Positions 26,374 through 36,108 of a stretch of DNA of 55,141 bases are shown here, in pieces (position 1 is the first letter of the stretch; each line of letters opens with the position of its first letter). The position numbers were made by a program, and so were the translations under genes. A model generated the notes under the pieces. It saw only the letters and a program-made list of their open reading frames with translations. It ran no database searches and had not been told where the DNA came from. The stretch is from a virus (Duplodnaviria; Caudoviricetes): positions 1-55,141 of the IMG/VR virus record IMGVR_UViG_3300010413_000041, one strand, 5' to 3'.

Positions 26374-27429
26374 TCACCTCGCCATTCTCATCAATCTCTT
26401 GATCCCTTCCCCAGACAACGCACCCGCTAAAATCGCATCGTCTATCTTCATGGGGATATGGATAATCCTGACCCTCGATCTCCCCAATAGGTTAGCTGCT
26501 CTATCGACCGGACTTATAGACTTCTCATCCTTCCCATAGTAAGCATCGGGGTCTAAACACAGATATATCGGCTCATGATCCCGGAAGATCCCAAATATCC
26601 TCTCCTCCGGTTCGACCGCTGGCAACCCTGCTATCTGCAACCTGTCACTATCCAATGTCAAGCACGTCACCATCGATTTAATCTCCCCCTCCAACAACAA
26701 CAAAGGACCTTTATCGATCTCAGGGATGCAGATAAACGGTGACGCAGGGATACCGCACTTCTCTTGTCTGTACCTTGATCCATCCGGAGGCTCATCAATC
26801 AACCTGTGTTTCACATTGACAACATCCCACCCATAATCTCTCACAGGGATAACAAGTGAAGGGGAGTGCCAGTATACTTCCCACCTCCCATCAACCTTCT
26901 TCGATAACTGATAATCCGGACAATACCCCAACTGCCAGAAGTTCACCCAATCTATATTCACCCCCCGATCTTCCCAGATCCTAGCACTCGCCTCATCTAA
27001 CATATCATGATACTTAACCCATGCTTGAGCCCTTCTTAGCTCATCGAGTGCTATTTTTGCATCCTCGATCTTCTTCGATAACTCCTCTTCGACCTTCTTC
27101 GCCCGATCCTCCGCCATCCTTCGAGCCAATTCCGGAGAAGGCATTGGCGGCAACTCCCCATTGTTCAAATATCTGAGTGCATCCACAAACTCTTCCTTAT
27201 GCCACTCCTTCCGCCAATCGAAAATATCACCATGCCTCCCACACCTTCCAAAGCATCTGTACCTCTTCCTATCAACCTTGAAGGACGGAGTATCCTCATT
27301 GTGATCAGGAAACGGACAACACCAAATATAGTCTTCCCCAGACACCCCCATCGGAGCTCCAATATCCCTGACAACTAAATCACGGAGATCAGTAGTCTGT
27401 TTGATCCTGTCCACCACATAGTCATCCAT
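26374..27429 (-). CDS. DNA primase (CHC2 zinc finger + TOPRIM)
   Basis: CPFPDH.E.TPSF...CFGRC; EGEIK; LCLDPD. Confidence 0.88.
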   Translation of the reverse strand: MDDYVVDRIKQTTDLRDLVVRDIGAPMGVSGEDYIWCCPFPDHNEDTPSFKVDRKRYRCFGRCGRHGDIFDWRKEWHKEEFVDALRYLNNGELPPMPSPELARRMAEDRAKKVEEELSKKIEDAKIALDELRRAQAWVKYHDMLDEASARIWEDRGVNIDWVNFWQLGYCPDYQLSKKVDGRWEVYWHSPSLVIPVRDYGWDVVNVKHRLIDEPPDGSRYRQEKCGIPASPFICIPEIDKGPLLLLEGEIKSMVTCLTLDSDRLQIAGLPAVEPEERIFGIFRDHEPIYLCLDPDAYYGKDEKSISPVDRAANLLGRSRVRIIHIPMKIDDAILAGALSGEGIKRLMRMAR

Positions 27430-27973
27430 AATTAACCTCAACTTCAAAACAGATAACCCAGACCCAAGGATTAGTCTCCCACCCAAACCCCTTCTCTTTG
27501 TAAATCTCATCCCATAACTCAATAAATCGCCATCGGGGATCATTGGTTGGGGCATTGGTTTTCTTATAGACAAATCTTCTCAATCCCTCTGCCCACATAT
27601 TAACCAAATTAATATCCTGCAACCTCTCTACCAAAATCTCGGTTATCAATAAATTAAGCCTTGACCATTCCCGCCTCATAAATAGCGGAGATCTCCAATC
27701 ACACTCCAAGATCCCTTCACTATTGGCACGGTATATCACCTTCCCATCTTCCCCCAGACCAAACCCCTCCCTCACCCATAAAATATCCCCCTCAACCCCA
27801 TAAGGACAGGTTATCAATTCATTGCTCTTAAATATATCAACCCAACCATCCCTCCTCCTGTCTATCCTTGTATAGGTCTGCACCTTCAACGGTCGCCTAG
27901 TCTCCCTCTTCCTGCCATCCAATAAAGCCTTAACCATCTCCGAGCTAAATATGATTGGTCGTTCTTTGCTCAT
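27422..27973 (-). CDS. ASCH/PUA-like phage protein
   Basis: ERPIIFS.EMV.A.L.GRK..TRR, CPYG..GD.LWVRE, W.TNPWVWV. Confidence 0.8.
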   Translation of the reverse strand: MSKERPIIFSSEMVKALLDGRKRETRRPLKVQTYTRIDRRRDGWVDIFKSNELITCPYGVEGDILWVREGFGLGEDGKVIYRANSEGILECDWRSPLFMRREWSRLNLLITEILVERLQDINLVNMWAEGLRRFVYKKTNAPTNDPRWRFIELWDEIYKEKGFGWETNPWVWVICFEVEVNYG

Positions 27974-28160
27974 TCTTCTTCCTCTCTTCTGCACCAACTA
28001 AAATCGAATGGATAAATGGGAGATAAACTAACTTATAAAATCGGTATATGTTTTTCCAATCCTCAGCACTCAATAGATTGAAATAGTGGCTTTGACATAT
28101 TTGCCAGTTCTTGGGGATGCAACCTTCCCCAATGTTACTTCCACATACTCTACACTTCAT
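27945..28160 (-). CDS. Small zinc-finger protein
   Basis: CRVCG...CQSH. Confidence 0.5.
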   Translation of the reverse strand: MKCRVCGSNIGEGCIPKNWQICQSHYFNLLSAEDWKNIYRFYKLVYLPFIHSILVGAEERKKNEQRTTNHI

Positions 28161-28452
28161 TCTTGCAATCCTCCCAATGTTTCATAAAACAACGCCCGCA
28201 GTAACATCCTCCGCACCGCTCACATTCCCAATAGCTCCGATCCATTATCTGTTCCCCGCACTTCCCACAGAACACCATGCAAGGACCACCGGACAGAATA
28301 CACAGGAAAACAAACCCGATAAAGGAGAATATTACAAACGTCACCCCGGCAGATCCCGGATTTATAAAATAGGTGATCCCCCCAAACACACCTCCGACCA
28401 ATAATCCCCCTGCTACCAAACTCAACACCTTTATGCTCATGTCGTCCTTCAT
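28150..28452 (-). CDS. Membrane protein with C-terminal zinc finger
   Basis: Two TM segments + CxxC x3. Confidence 0.55.
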   Translation of the reverse strand: MKDDMSIKVLSLVAGGLLVGGVFGGITYFINPGSAGVTFVIFSFIGFVFLCILSGGPCMVFCGKCGEQIMDRSYWECERCGGCYCGRCFMKHWEDCKNEV

Positions 28453-28466
28453 GTCTACTCCCTTCT

Positions 28467-28498
28467 AATAAATAGGTCGGGGATGTAACTCCCCGACC
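28467..28498 (-). terminator. Intrinsic terminator-like hairpin
   Basis: GGTCGGGGA/TCCCCGACC stem followed on minus strand by TATTTATT. Confidence 0.6.
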
Positions 28499-28504
28499 CA
28501 TAAC

Positions 28505-28900
28505 CTAAACGCCAACAATCCTGCATCCCGGATTGCCAACCTTCTTCATTGCCAAGATCTCGGGATGAGCAACCGCATAACCATCTAAAGCACCATTATC
28601 CCAACTTGTCCTCCCCTGCACATAAACCGCCTTCAACCGCTCACCGTTGATTGTCTCCCCCTTCATAACCACCGCATCCTTAATCTTCTGCTCTAATGCC
28701 TCCTTCTTCTTTATCAATCCTGACACCTCCGTCGCCCGTTCCTCTTCGAGATCCCTTATCTTCTCGGCGATATCAACTGGCACTATATCTTCAAATAGCA
28801 TATCGTAATGACTATTGACCAATTCTATGCGATCCCCCAGAGCAACCAAATCGTCCATCATGCTGATTATCTGCTGGGTAAAGTTCATCTGTTCTTCCAT
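28505..28900 (-). CDS. Coiled-coil protein, Gp157/Gam-like
   Basis: Coiled coil followed by GR.SWD...L.GYA..HPE. Confidence 0.5.
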   Translation of the reverse strand: MEEQMNFTQQIISMMDDLVALGDRIELVNSHYDMLFEDIVPVDIAEKIRDLEEERATEVSGLIKKKEALEQKIKDAVVMKGETINGERLKAVYVQGRTSWDNGALDGYAVAHPEILAMKKVGNPGCRIVGV

Positions 28901-28916
28901 TATGTATTCTCCTCGA

Positions 28917-29543
28917 TTAAAGTTTTATGATCTTGTCCAGTAACAGTCGTCGCCAACTCTTATTGGTGACAGGGTATTGAGCATCAATATTCGATAGCAA
29001 ATCCAATGTATTCTCTTCCTTATTCGCCTCAGCTAACTCTTCCTCCCTCGCTCGGCTCAAATTATCTCTGTATCTCTTATACCACTCGTTCCATTCCTCC
29101 GCTCTGATTTTAGCCTGAGCCAGCGCAGGGGATAGCTGCATAAAATACTTCCTCCCATAACTCTCATAGCTATACATGGGCTCTCCCCAATCATCCCCAT
29201 AAACACCCGGAACACAGAAGGGGGTATTGGGATGCAATTGCCATTCCCCCGACTTCTTATCCAAATTGTACATAACCATAATAGGGGCATACCCTTCAAC
29301 CCTAATCTCCCCCGTATTGACCCAAGGTTGGGGCGGTCTATCCTGACCATTAAAGGTGTGATACTCGTGTAAGATCTCAGGAATGTTCGCCTCGAAGCAC
29401 TCCCTAATCCTTCTCCAAGTATCGGCAACATCTACCGCCGATTTATACTGCCGATCCAACCTCTCCAACTCTTCTTCAAGCTCCCTCATTCTCAGAGCGA
29501 TCTTCCCCACTTCTGCAATCTCATTAATTCTGTAAATCGACAT
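28917..29543 (-). CDS. Hypothetical protein
   Basis: 208-aa ORF with GGGAG RBS. Confidence 0.65.
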   Translation of the reverse strand: MSIYRINEIAEVGKIALRMRELEEELERLDRQYKSAVDVADTWRRIRECFEANIPEILHEYHTFNGQDRPPQPWVNTGEIRVEGYAPIMVMYNLDKKSGEWQLHPNTPFCVPGVYGDDWGEPMYSYESYGRKYFMQLSPALAQAKIRAEEWNEWYKRYRDNLSRAREEELAEANKEENTLDLLSNIDAQYPVTNKSWRRLLLDKIIKL

Positions 29544-29578
29544 CTCAAATCTCCCGGATTTTATCTAGTCTCTTATTC

Positions 29579-29718
29579 GGTCTGGGGAGCGGGGGATCTT
29601 CCGCTCCCACAGACCATAAACCATCCCACACCCCCGAAGGAGGGCGGGAGCATGGGCTCACACCATGACCAACACTATACTTCTGCAATCTTCCATATCT
29701 TCTCCCTCGATTATATCA
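29579..29718 (-). promoter_or_regulatory. Extended -10 promoter, short uORF and two GC-rich hairpins (structured leader)
   Basis: TGaTATAAT at 29718-29710; 12-codon ORF 29696-29658; UUCG hairpin; GGTCTG-GGGAGCGG/CCGCTCCC-CAGACC hairpin. Confidence 0.45.
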
Positions 29719-29742
29719 AATCTAACATTATCGTACATCTAA

Positions 29743-30798
29743 CTAAATCCCTAGCCCACTCTGGAAATATGTCGTTTTGACCTTCTCCCAAGCCTTCTGA
29801 GCATCATTTGCACATTCCTTTACCAACTTGTGAGCATCCTCCTTCGAGATCCCCAAAGCATCCGTATTATCATAATAAGTTCGATAATCCCCAAATGCTA
29901 CTGGACTTCTCATCTCGTCCATCTGCCTCTCGGACGGCACTAACTCTCCCTCAACCTTGCCGGGGTGATCTTCCTGAGCAACAACCTCACCATCAACCCC
30001 AACCACATCCTCTTCCTCATCCTCCCCATAATCGACCTCAACCCCATCAACATCAATATCCGAGGGGAGTAACAGATTGGATTTAGCCTCCGGAAGAGTG
30101 TTCTGCTCAATCTCATCAAGCTTTAAACTGACCCATCTAGGATCTGCCTCAATAGATAACATGTACTTGGCTAATCTCTTGTACTCCCCCTCTTTAATGG
30201 GTACTGAGATCATCTTAGGTCGCCTCTTCAACACCAATGGCAACCCGGAGATCCTACCACCATTCAACATTGCAATCGCCCGTAATTGATCGGATATGTT
30301 CGCAATATCATGCCTTGAAGTGGTCATCAATACCAGACACGCAGCCCTACGGAGTTCGGGGATAATAACCCTCATTCTCCCGGCGGGTTTACAAACAATA
30401 TCCTGCCCCTTATAGTCCTTCCCAACACTCATCCCCTCACTATACGGGATGTAGGGCTCTCCGTTCAATACCTTGACGCCTCCCCCATCGGTATCAACCC
30501 AATAAAGGAACCGCTCACCATCACTCCGAGCAATTAACCTCCCGGCTGTGTACCCCTCCAAATAAGCATCCCATTGACGCTCAATATCATCGAAGGGGAG
30601 TATGATGTTGATCTCCCTTGGCTGATCCCCATAAACTTCCCTAAACTTCTCAGCCGCCTCTTCTTCCCCTTCGCTAAATTCGACCCGGAAATAGGTCAAA
30701 TCTTTGCCCGGGGCTTTTTCGGTCTTCGGAGATCCCTTGCGAATAGCACCGATCTCCGGAAATTTTAAACCCCTATCAGTCAAACCCTTTATAGCCAT
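29743..30798 (-). CDS. Recombination-directionality-factor-like (Gp3-like) DNA annealing/recombination protein
   Basis: IG.IRKG, P.DL.YFR, YG..P.EI.I, CKP.GR..V.IPEL, TTS; acidic tail. Confidence 0.7.
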   Translation of the reverse strand: MAIKGLTDRGLKFPEIGAIRKGSPKTEKAPGKDLTYFRVEFSEGEEEAAEKFREVYGDQPREINIILPFDDIERQWDAYLEGYTAGRLIARSDGERFLYWVDTDGGGVKVLNGEPYIPYSEGMSVGKDYKGQDIVCKPAGRMRVIIPELRRAACLVLMTTSRHDIANISDQLRAIAMLNGGRISGLPLVLKRRPKMISVPIKEGEYKRLAKYMLSIEADPRWVSLKLDEIEQNTLPEAKSNLLLPSDIDVDGVEVDYGEDEEEDVVGVDGEVVAQEDHPGKVEGELVPSERQMDEMRSPVAFGDYRTYYDNTDALGISKEDAHKLVKECANDAQKAWEKVKTTYFQSGLGI

Positions 30799-30816
30799 TT
30801 TATGCCTCCAATTTAT

Positions 30817-31278
30817 CTAATAACCAAGATCTTCCAATAATTCGTCCGGTGACTTCCCAGACCTCTCAGCATCGATAATGCCGAGATCTTCAAGCACCCC
30901 TCGGACTTCCATAGCCTCATCCTCTGAAACGGAGCGCTTATACTCAACAAACTTCTTAGTCACTATTCCTTTAGTATCTTCTCCACACCTCCAACATCTA
31001 ATTTTACAAATCCGCTCTTTACCGGGGATATATTCAATCCGCAGATCTCCCCAACATTGGGAGCAAAGATAATGCATAACAGCTCTTTGCCCCATGACAT
31101 CCGTCATAATCAACCCATCCTCTTCCTGCTGGCTCTCAGCATTAAAAGGGGAATAATGCACCCCATCAATAACCACCACCCCTTCCAGATATCCTTGATC
31201 CTTCCCAACTTCCCGGTACTCAACCCCATCGATAATTATTTGTCTAAACATCCCTTCCATATCTGCTCTCCTATGCAA
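30817..31278 (-). CDS. Zinc-ribbon protein
   Basis: CSQCWG...CWRCG. Confidence 0.6.
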   Translation of the reverse strand: MHRRADMEGMFRQIIIDGVEYREVGKDQGYLEGVVVIDGVHYSPFNAESQQEEDGLIMTDVMGQRAVMHYLCSQCWGDLRIEYIPGKERICKIRCWRCGEDTKGIVTKKFVEYKRSVSEDEAMEVRGVLEDLGIIDAERSGKSPDELLEDLGY

Positions 31279-31570
31279 TCTCTACACTAAACAACCGCTT
31301 GATGTTATCCACCCTGATTGTCTGACCAAACCAACCGTAAATTTTATCCATCCCCAACATCAATTCGCCAGTCTCAGCATCCTCAATCATTATCTCGAGC
31401 CCGAAGTCGTGGAGAATGCCCCCATCGGTTATCTTAAATACCAAGATCCCCGACCCAAAGTCAGGACCATTATCCAAGATCTTCTCCTTAAACTCCTTGG
31501 TCACCGATCGCCCCGGCTGTGATGTGTACTCAATCTTCTTATCCTTCTTCTTATTCTTCTTCTTAGCCAT
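31271..31570 (-). CDS. Hypothetical protein
   Basis: Abutting ORFs. Confidence 0.55.
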   Translation of the reverse strand: MAKKKNKKKDKKIEYTSQPGRSVTKEFKEKILDNGPDFGSGILVFKITDGGILHDFGLEIMIEDAETGELMLGMDKIYGWFGQTIRVDNIKRLFSVEIA

Positions 31571-31804
31571 CTAATGCACTCCATTCATTTTGTAATCTAA
31601 AGGACCATCTAACTCTCGCCATCGATATCTCATCTCTTCTTCGAGCTCCGCAGAACGCTCAACCCAATAATCACAACAACATATATCACCATCACCTAAT
31701 TTATGCTGGCAACCGGGAGAATGCTCGCTGAGTGGATGCAGACAATCTGGGCAATCAACTTCACTCTCAATATCTAATACCATTGTCCTACTCCTTCCCA
31801 CCAT
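31571..31804 (-). CDS. Small Cys/His-rich protein
   Basis: CPDC.H...H...C...CCC. Confidence 0.5.
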   Translation of the reverse strand: MVGRSRTMVLDIESEVDCPDCLHPLSEHSPGCQHKLGDGDICCCDYWVERSAELEEEMRYRWRELDGPLDYKMNGVH

Positions 31805-32069
31805 GAGTGTTCCCTACAATCAACACATCTGGATCTTCAAGATCATCTTTGCGATCCCCGACGTATACCCAACTCATCCTCACAGGAGGTTGACCGCCAC
31901 CTTGGATCTCCTTCCCCTTCAAGAAATCGTACCACTCCCTAATTATGATCCTCAGCGAAGCACTAAACCCACGATCCCCCAGACCCAACGCAGATTGCAG
32001 CTCCTTCACGATCTTATATTCATTCTCATTCAATACAACGTTCCTTATAACCTTCTTATCTTCTGCCAT
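31788..32069 (-). CDS. Ribbon-helix-helix-like DNA-binding protein
   Basis: RNVVL...E...V...G....FSA.LR.IIREW. Confidence 0.55.
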   Translation of the reverse strand: MAEDKKVIRNVVLNENEYKIVKELQSALGLGDRGFSASLRIIIREWYDFLKGKEIQGGGQPPVRMSWVYVGDRKDDLEDPDVLIVGNTHGGKE

Positions 32070-32294
32070 TTATCCTCTCCAAAATAAATCCTCTTCTCTG
32101 ATGCTTATCTCAACATATCTAATCTCGTAAGTATCCGATCCAAATATCGCCTTCGTTCCTCCAACATTAATCACACTAACATTCTCAATAGGCTCTCCCT
32201 TCTCATTGACAAGTTCATATATTCTCAACCCTAAACTAAACATCTCCGTTGGGCGCAAATGTATACTAGCCATCAACGCTCCCATCCTGCTCAA
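32070..32294 (-). CDS. Hypothetical protein
   Basis: ORF in operon. Confidence 0.5.
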   Translation of the reverse strand: MSRMGALMASIHLRPTEMFSLGLRIYELVNEKGEPIENVSVINVGGTKAIFGSDTYEIRYVEISIREEDLFWRG

Positions 32295-32526
32295 CTACAA
32301 TATCCGGATCTCTGGTAAACCCAGACGCCCAAGCGAAATCGCTGGCATAAAGCTCAAAATACTCCGATACTCCACGATAATCCATCTCCTCATCCCTGAC
32401 CTTATAAATAAATATGTCAGTTCCGAGATCCCGAGCCATCTTCTTAGCCAACTTGATCGCCTTCTTCTCCGTAATAGTGACCTTATACGTGTCTTCCATC
32501 TTCCACCTTCTCCAATAAAACATCAA
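32266..32526 (-). CDS. Hypothetical protein
   Basis: ORF in operon. Confidence 0.5.
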   Translation of the reverse strand: MMFYWRRWKMEDTYKVTITEKKAIKLAKKMARDLGTDIFIYKVRDEEMDYRGVSEYFELYASDFAWASGFTRDPDIVVEQDGSVDG

Positions 32527-32860
32527 TCAATCTCTTCGAGAGTGCTATCTCATCCCTCAACTCCTTAATCGTATCCTTCAAAACCTGACATACAAATTCC
32601 AGATCTTCTCGGCTATGCTTCTCGGTAAGGTACATTCCATGCCAAGTCTCGCAACTCTCTTTATAATATCGGTCTTGTTCCCTGTGATATTTTGCAGACA
32701 TCTTCCAAACCGCACAAACCTTCTTCGATCGCTCCAACTCTTCATAATATTGGTTCGCATACCTTCTCCAATTCATAGCAACCGCACACCAGTTCCAAAC
32801 ATCTCCGATCTCAGCCATTATCAACCTCCTGTGCCTCAGTATAAGATCCCGGACAAACAA
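32483..32860 (-). CDS. Coiled-coil hypothetical protein
   Basis: Likely start MAEIGD after GGAGG. Confidence 0.5.
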   Translation of the reverse strand: MFVRDLILRHRRLIMAEIGDVWNWCAVAMNWRRYANQYYEELERSKKVCAVWKMSAKYHREQDRYYKESCETWHGMYLTEKHSREDLEFVCQVLKDTIKELRDEIALSKRLIDVLLEKVEDGRHV

Positions 32861-33020
32861 CCTTAACTACTCTCGGTTCTCCCAGACGGTCAAACCCCTT
32901 TATCACCTTGAAATAATGCATCCACGGCACCAACGCCGATCCATCCCCACCCTTGGGAATAATCCCGGCGTACTCTTTGTGACATATCGAGCATCTTACT
33001 CTTGATCTCTTCATAGCCAC
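32811..33020 (-). CDS. Small zinc-binding protein
   Basis: CSIC...H...CPGS. Confidence 0.55.
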   Translation of the reverse strand: MAMKRSRVRCSICHKEYAGIIPKGGDGSALVPWMHYFKVIKGFDRLGEPRVVKVVCPGSYTEAQEVDNG

Positions 33021-33184
33021 TTCTCCTCTAAGGTATCATAGGGAGGGTGTTGACCTTCATAGTGCCAACTCTCTGGATAACTCTCCTCATCCCCCTTCTC
33101 AGCACTATCACAATAACAGGTGAGCCACCCTCCGTAGTCAATAACCTCACTCTCACAGTTCAAACAGAACAACACAGATCCCAT
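33011..33184 (-). CDS. 57-aa zinc-binding protein
   Basis: Hand translation MGSVLFCLNC...TCYC; AGGAGG RBS; below track cutoff. Confidence 0.55.
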   Translation of the reverse strand: MGSVLFCLNCESEVIDYGGWLTCYCDSAEKGDEESYPESWHYEGQHPPYDTLEEKWL

Positions 33185-33192
33185 CTATCCTC

Positions 33193-33513
33193 CTAATACT
33201 CGCTAGCCAATAGAAAAGTCGTAACCGATCTATCACATTCTGTCAGCACATACAATCTCTCCACGATCCCCCCAATCTTGATCTCGTATACTGACAAAAT
33301 CCTAAACCCATGCTCCAAGGAGAAATCGTTTTCTTTTGCATCGTGCTTATCCACATCCCCCCAATCCCCTCTCAAATGCCGTTCGAGATAAGGAGCAAGA
33401 TCCAACCCCTTATCACGGAGGGATAAAGCGCCTTGAGTTGCTACCACCGTTCCCGGTGAGAATTTTGCACCATGAATAAATAACCACTTCTTGAGTGCAC
33501 TATCGTAAGCCAT
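33193..33513 (-). CDS. Conserved plasmid/phage protein (RH..GDWG family)
   Basis: F..G.VVAT.GA, RHLRGDWGD, RILSVY, TE.DRS.TT.LL..EY. Confidence 0.75.
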   Translation of the reverse strand: MAYDSALKKWLFIHGAKFSPGTVVATQGALSLRDKGLDLAPYLERHLRGDWGDVDKHDAKENDFSLEHGFRILSVYEIKIGGIVERLYVLTECDRSVTTFLLASEY

Positions 33514-33745
33514 GATAACCCTCCTGCAAATAATCCCTTCCCCTCACTCCCTTAATGATATCTTCTACCAGATTAAACCCGAGGGGTTTTTCCATCCTTA
33601 TTAGCGGGTTCTCTGTATCGATGTCTAGGACCTGCGCCACCCCGATAAACATATGATTACAACTCTTCATATATACATCAATTTGCAGATCCTTAGCATT
33701 ATAGTCAAACTTGGTATAGATAATCTCATATGGTTTATCACTCAT
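33500..33745 (-). CDS. Hypothetical protein
   Basis: AAGGAG RBS. Confidence 0.55.
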   Translation of the reverse strand: MSDKPYEIIYTKFDYNAKDLQIDVYMKSCNHMFIGVAQVLDIDTENPLIRMEKPLGFNLVEDIIKGVRGRDYLQEGYHGLR

Positions 33746-33765
33746 CTTATCTGCTCCTTCCTCTT

Positions 33766-34017
33766 CTAGTGCCAGTACGGATAATCAATCCCATTCTGTG
33801 GGTCATCTAACCTTCTCTTGACCTCTTCCCGGATGACTTGCAGATAATTGACATATTGCCTGTCACCTGAAAAGTCACCGCTCCGCAAAGCCTTCAACAC
33901 AACCCACTTGTCCTTCTCTACACTATACCCCTCAAGGTACTTCCCGAAGTGCGGAATATATCTAACCCTCAACTTCCAACTAGGGTGTACTCCATAAATC
34001 ACATTCAATCCGTCCAT
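33766..34017 (-). CDS. Hypothetical protein
   Basis: AGGAG RBS. Confidence 0.55.
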   Translation of the reverse strand: MDGLNVIYGVHPSWKLRVRYIPHFGKYLEGYSVEKDKWVVLKALRSGDFSGDRQYVNYLQVIREEVKRRLDDPQNGIDYPYWH

Positions 34018-34028
34018 CTTATCAACTC

Positions 34029-34268
34029 CTATTCTCTATCCTTCCTGATTTTATTAATATCTCTCCCAGACAGGAGAGCAACAACCTTCCCGGTGATCCT
34101 GTCTATGATCGCAAAATCGCTCCTCTGGTAAGGAACTAAATCGTACTTCTCATGCATCACAAACCCCCCAACCGCACCGATCTTCGACATGTGATCCTTC
34201 CCGTACTTCCTAAAGGTGGAGATCCCCCCCAATCTCCCTGCCTCACTCTTCGACATCTTCTTAGCCAT
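34029..34268 (-). CDS. KGG/stress-motif small protein
   Basis: MS.SEAGRLGG..T...YG..HMS.IG..GG. Confidence 0.65.
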   Translation of the reverse strand: MAKKMSKSEAGRLGGISTFRKYGKDHMSKIGAVGGFVMHEKYDLVPYQRSDFAIIDRITGKVVALLSGRDINKIRKDRE

Positions 34269-34828
34269 TATTCCACCCATCCTTCCCCTCTGCACCGGAA
34301 GCAAGTGTAACCAGTATGTTTCCACTCATCACGCCCACCCATCCCCCCACACCGAGGGCAAATCTTCTTCCCCATCTTCTTGATGTTATTCACCTTCTCC
34401 CTAAATTCCTGCCCCTTCCTCATCTCCCTTATCCAATAGGGTAGGCGATAATGCTGATAGCTTGGGTTCCCCATATGATAACCAACCGCATCCCTGACCA
34501 AACTATCGGAATATAACCAATCTCCCAACTTATCAACTGCCTTATACACAGCCTCCACATTGTATGCCCTATCTACGGCAAACATCAACGCAGGGGAGAT
34601 CTTCTCGATCTCTTCATATGCCTTCCTATCATTGATGTCTAATACGATCTTCCGTAACCGATCTATGATCTCGTCCGCCTGTTCACTCAATAACACCGGA
34701 TCTTCTCCCAAGTAATCAGAAGGAACACCCAGACCACCACAAACCCCACATTCCCAGACTAAACCAAATAAGTCCTCGTGGGGGATAATCTCTTTACCTT
34801 TGCACCTATAGCAACTTAGTTCAGTCAT
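34268..34828 (-). CDS. Protein with DnaJ-type CxxCxGxG zinc motifs
   Basis: CYRCKG, CGVCGG.G, CPRCGG.G, CFRCRG.G. Confidence 0.6.
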   Translation of the reverse strand: MTELSCYRCKGKEIIPHEDLFGLVWECGVCGGLGVPSDYLGEDPVLLSEQADEIIDRLRKIVLDINDRKAYEEIEKISPALMFAVDRAYNVEAVYKAVDKLGDWLYSDSLVRDAVGYHMGNPSYQHYRLPYWIREMRKGQEFREKVNNIKKMGKKICPRCGGMGGRDEWKHTGYTCFRCRGEGWVE

Positions 34829-34838
34829 GATCCCTCTC

Positions 34839-35129
34839 CTACATGTAACCCCTGACCGTATAACCACATCGGGTGCATCCATAAACAAAGCTCCCGTTCT
34901 CTGCGTTCCCATCGCAATAATCCATCCGGTGACCAACCAAGGAACAAACCACAACATCCTTAAACTCCCAGATGACAATGGCGATCGCCTTCATTCTGAC
35001 CAACCACGCAGGGATATTCCGCTCATAGTGATATCGATATAAACACCCCTCTGCATGGGCTATATAATCAATCCCTTCCTTGCCTAAATTGGTCTTCAAA
35101 TAATCGATTATCAAACTGCTATCCATCAA
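34839..35129 (-). CDS. Hypothetical protein with DUF1660-like C-terminus
   Basis: CSLVGH...CTRCG. Confidence 0.5.
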   Translation of the reverse strand: MMDSSLIIDYLKTNLGKEGIDYIAHAEGCLYRYHYERNIPAWLVRMKAIAIVIWEFKDVVVCSLVGHRMDYCDGNAENGSFVYGCTRCGYTVRGYM

Positions 35130-35145
35130 CTTATCTCCTTATAGC

Positions 35146-35182
35146 AAAAAAAAATTATTAGGGGTGCGGATGACCACACCCC
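35146..35182 (-). terminator. Intrinsic terminator
   Basis: GGGGTG/CACCCC stem followed on minus strand by TAATAA and T9. Confidence 0.55.
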
Positions 35183-35193
35183 AGACCAATAAC

Positions 35194-35586
35194 CTACCAC
35201 TCCTCATCTCTAAAATCATGGGTCAAATCCGAGATTATCTGCTCACGGTTCTCAAACCTCGATCCATCATAGTGAGCCCTCTCTACAAACCCACCATCAA
35301 TAGCACTCTTCCAAAAATAAACTTCCCCATCAACTCCCTTCAACTCGATTATATAAGCCGGGGGATGTTCCCACCAATTAGGATTGGAAACACTCAAAAC
35401 ATGACCTTCCTTGCAGATCCCACTACAAACTATCCTGACAAAATCCCCAACACTAAGCCGGGGGAACACCATCTCAAACTCAAACTCTTTATCGTCACCC
35501 TGATAACCACAACTGAGGCAATCTGACATCCCACCCCAGCGGACCACCGGAACAATCTTTGTCGAACGGCACTTAGGACAATACAT
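35194..35586 (-). CDS. Zinc-ribbon early protein
   Basis: CPKC...CLSCG. Confidence 0.6.
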   Translation of the reverse strand: MYCPKCRSTKIVPVVRWGGMSDCLSCGYQGDDKEFEFEMVFPRLSVGDFVRIVCSGICKEGHVLSVSNPNWWEHPPAYIIELKGVDGEVYFWKSAIDGGFVERAHYDGSRFENREQIISDLTHDFRDEEW

Positions 35587-35601
35587 GATATCTCTCCTTA
35601 T

Positions 35602-35868
35602 CTAAGTCTTGACAACTATAACGGGCGCCTCATCGATCTTCCTACAAGGAAACGCCCACTTGACCAACCCAATAACATCCTCTAAATCAATCCTGCTCCC
35701 ACACCATCCCCATCCCCAATAGGGAGATCCCTCATACTGGAAGGCGTGATGCAGGATAATCCCAGACCTTCTTTGCTCCCGTATGATGACACATTGACCA
35801 TCCTTCTCTAAATCATCCGGTAGCCTTCTAGTCAACTGTCGCACCTTCTTCTTATTCATAAGTTCCAA
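35602..35868 (-). CDS. Hypothetical early protein
   Basis: AAGGAG RBS. Confidence 0.55.
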   Translation of the reverse strand: MELMNKKKVRQLTRRLPDDLEKDGQCVIIREQRRSGIILHHAFQYEGSPYWGWGWCGSRIDLEDVIGLVKWAFPCRKIDEAPVIVVKT

Positions 35869-35877
35869 TCTCCTTAT

Positions 35878-36108
35878 CTAAGCCCAAACCGTCCAATGTC
35901 TCTCGGCACCGGACTTCTCCAAATAACTCAACAGATCTTCAACCTTCCCCTCAGAATAAACACCATACGGGAACTTGGGGAGAATTAATGACCATTGACA
36001 CATCTTCTCCCCATCCTCTTCCCAGACCTTATCCAAAGTAACCACCCCCTCTCCATGTTCCCGATCCTTGACCGCCCACTTCCTATCTTCGATCTTCATT
36101 AGTTCCAA
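35878..36108 (-). CDS. Hypothetical early protein
   Basis: GGAG RBS. Confidence 0.55.
   Translation of the reverse strand: MELMKIEDRKWAVKDREHGEGVVTLDKVWEEDGEKMCQWSLILPKFPYGVYSEGKVEDLLSYLEKSGAERHWTVWA

Noticed and set aside
29743-30798. Evidence of lysogeny from the 'recombination directionality factor-like' gene
   Set aside because: No integrase or att site was recognised; its position suggests a replication/recombination role.
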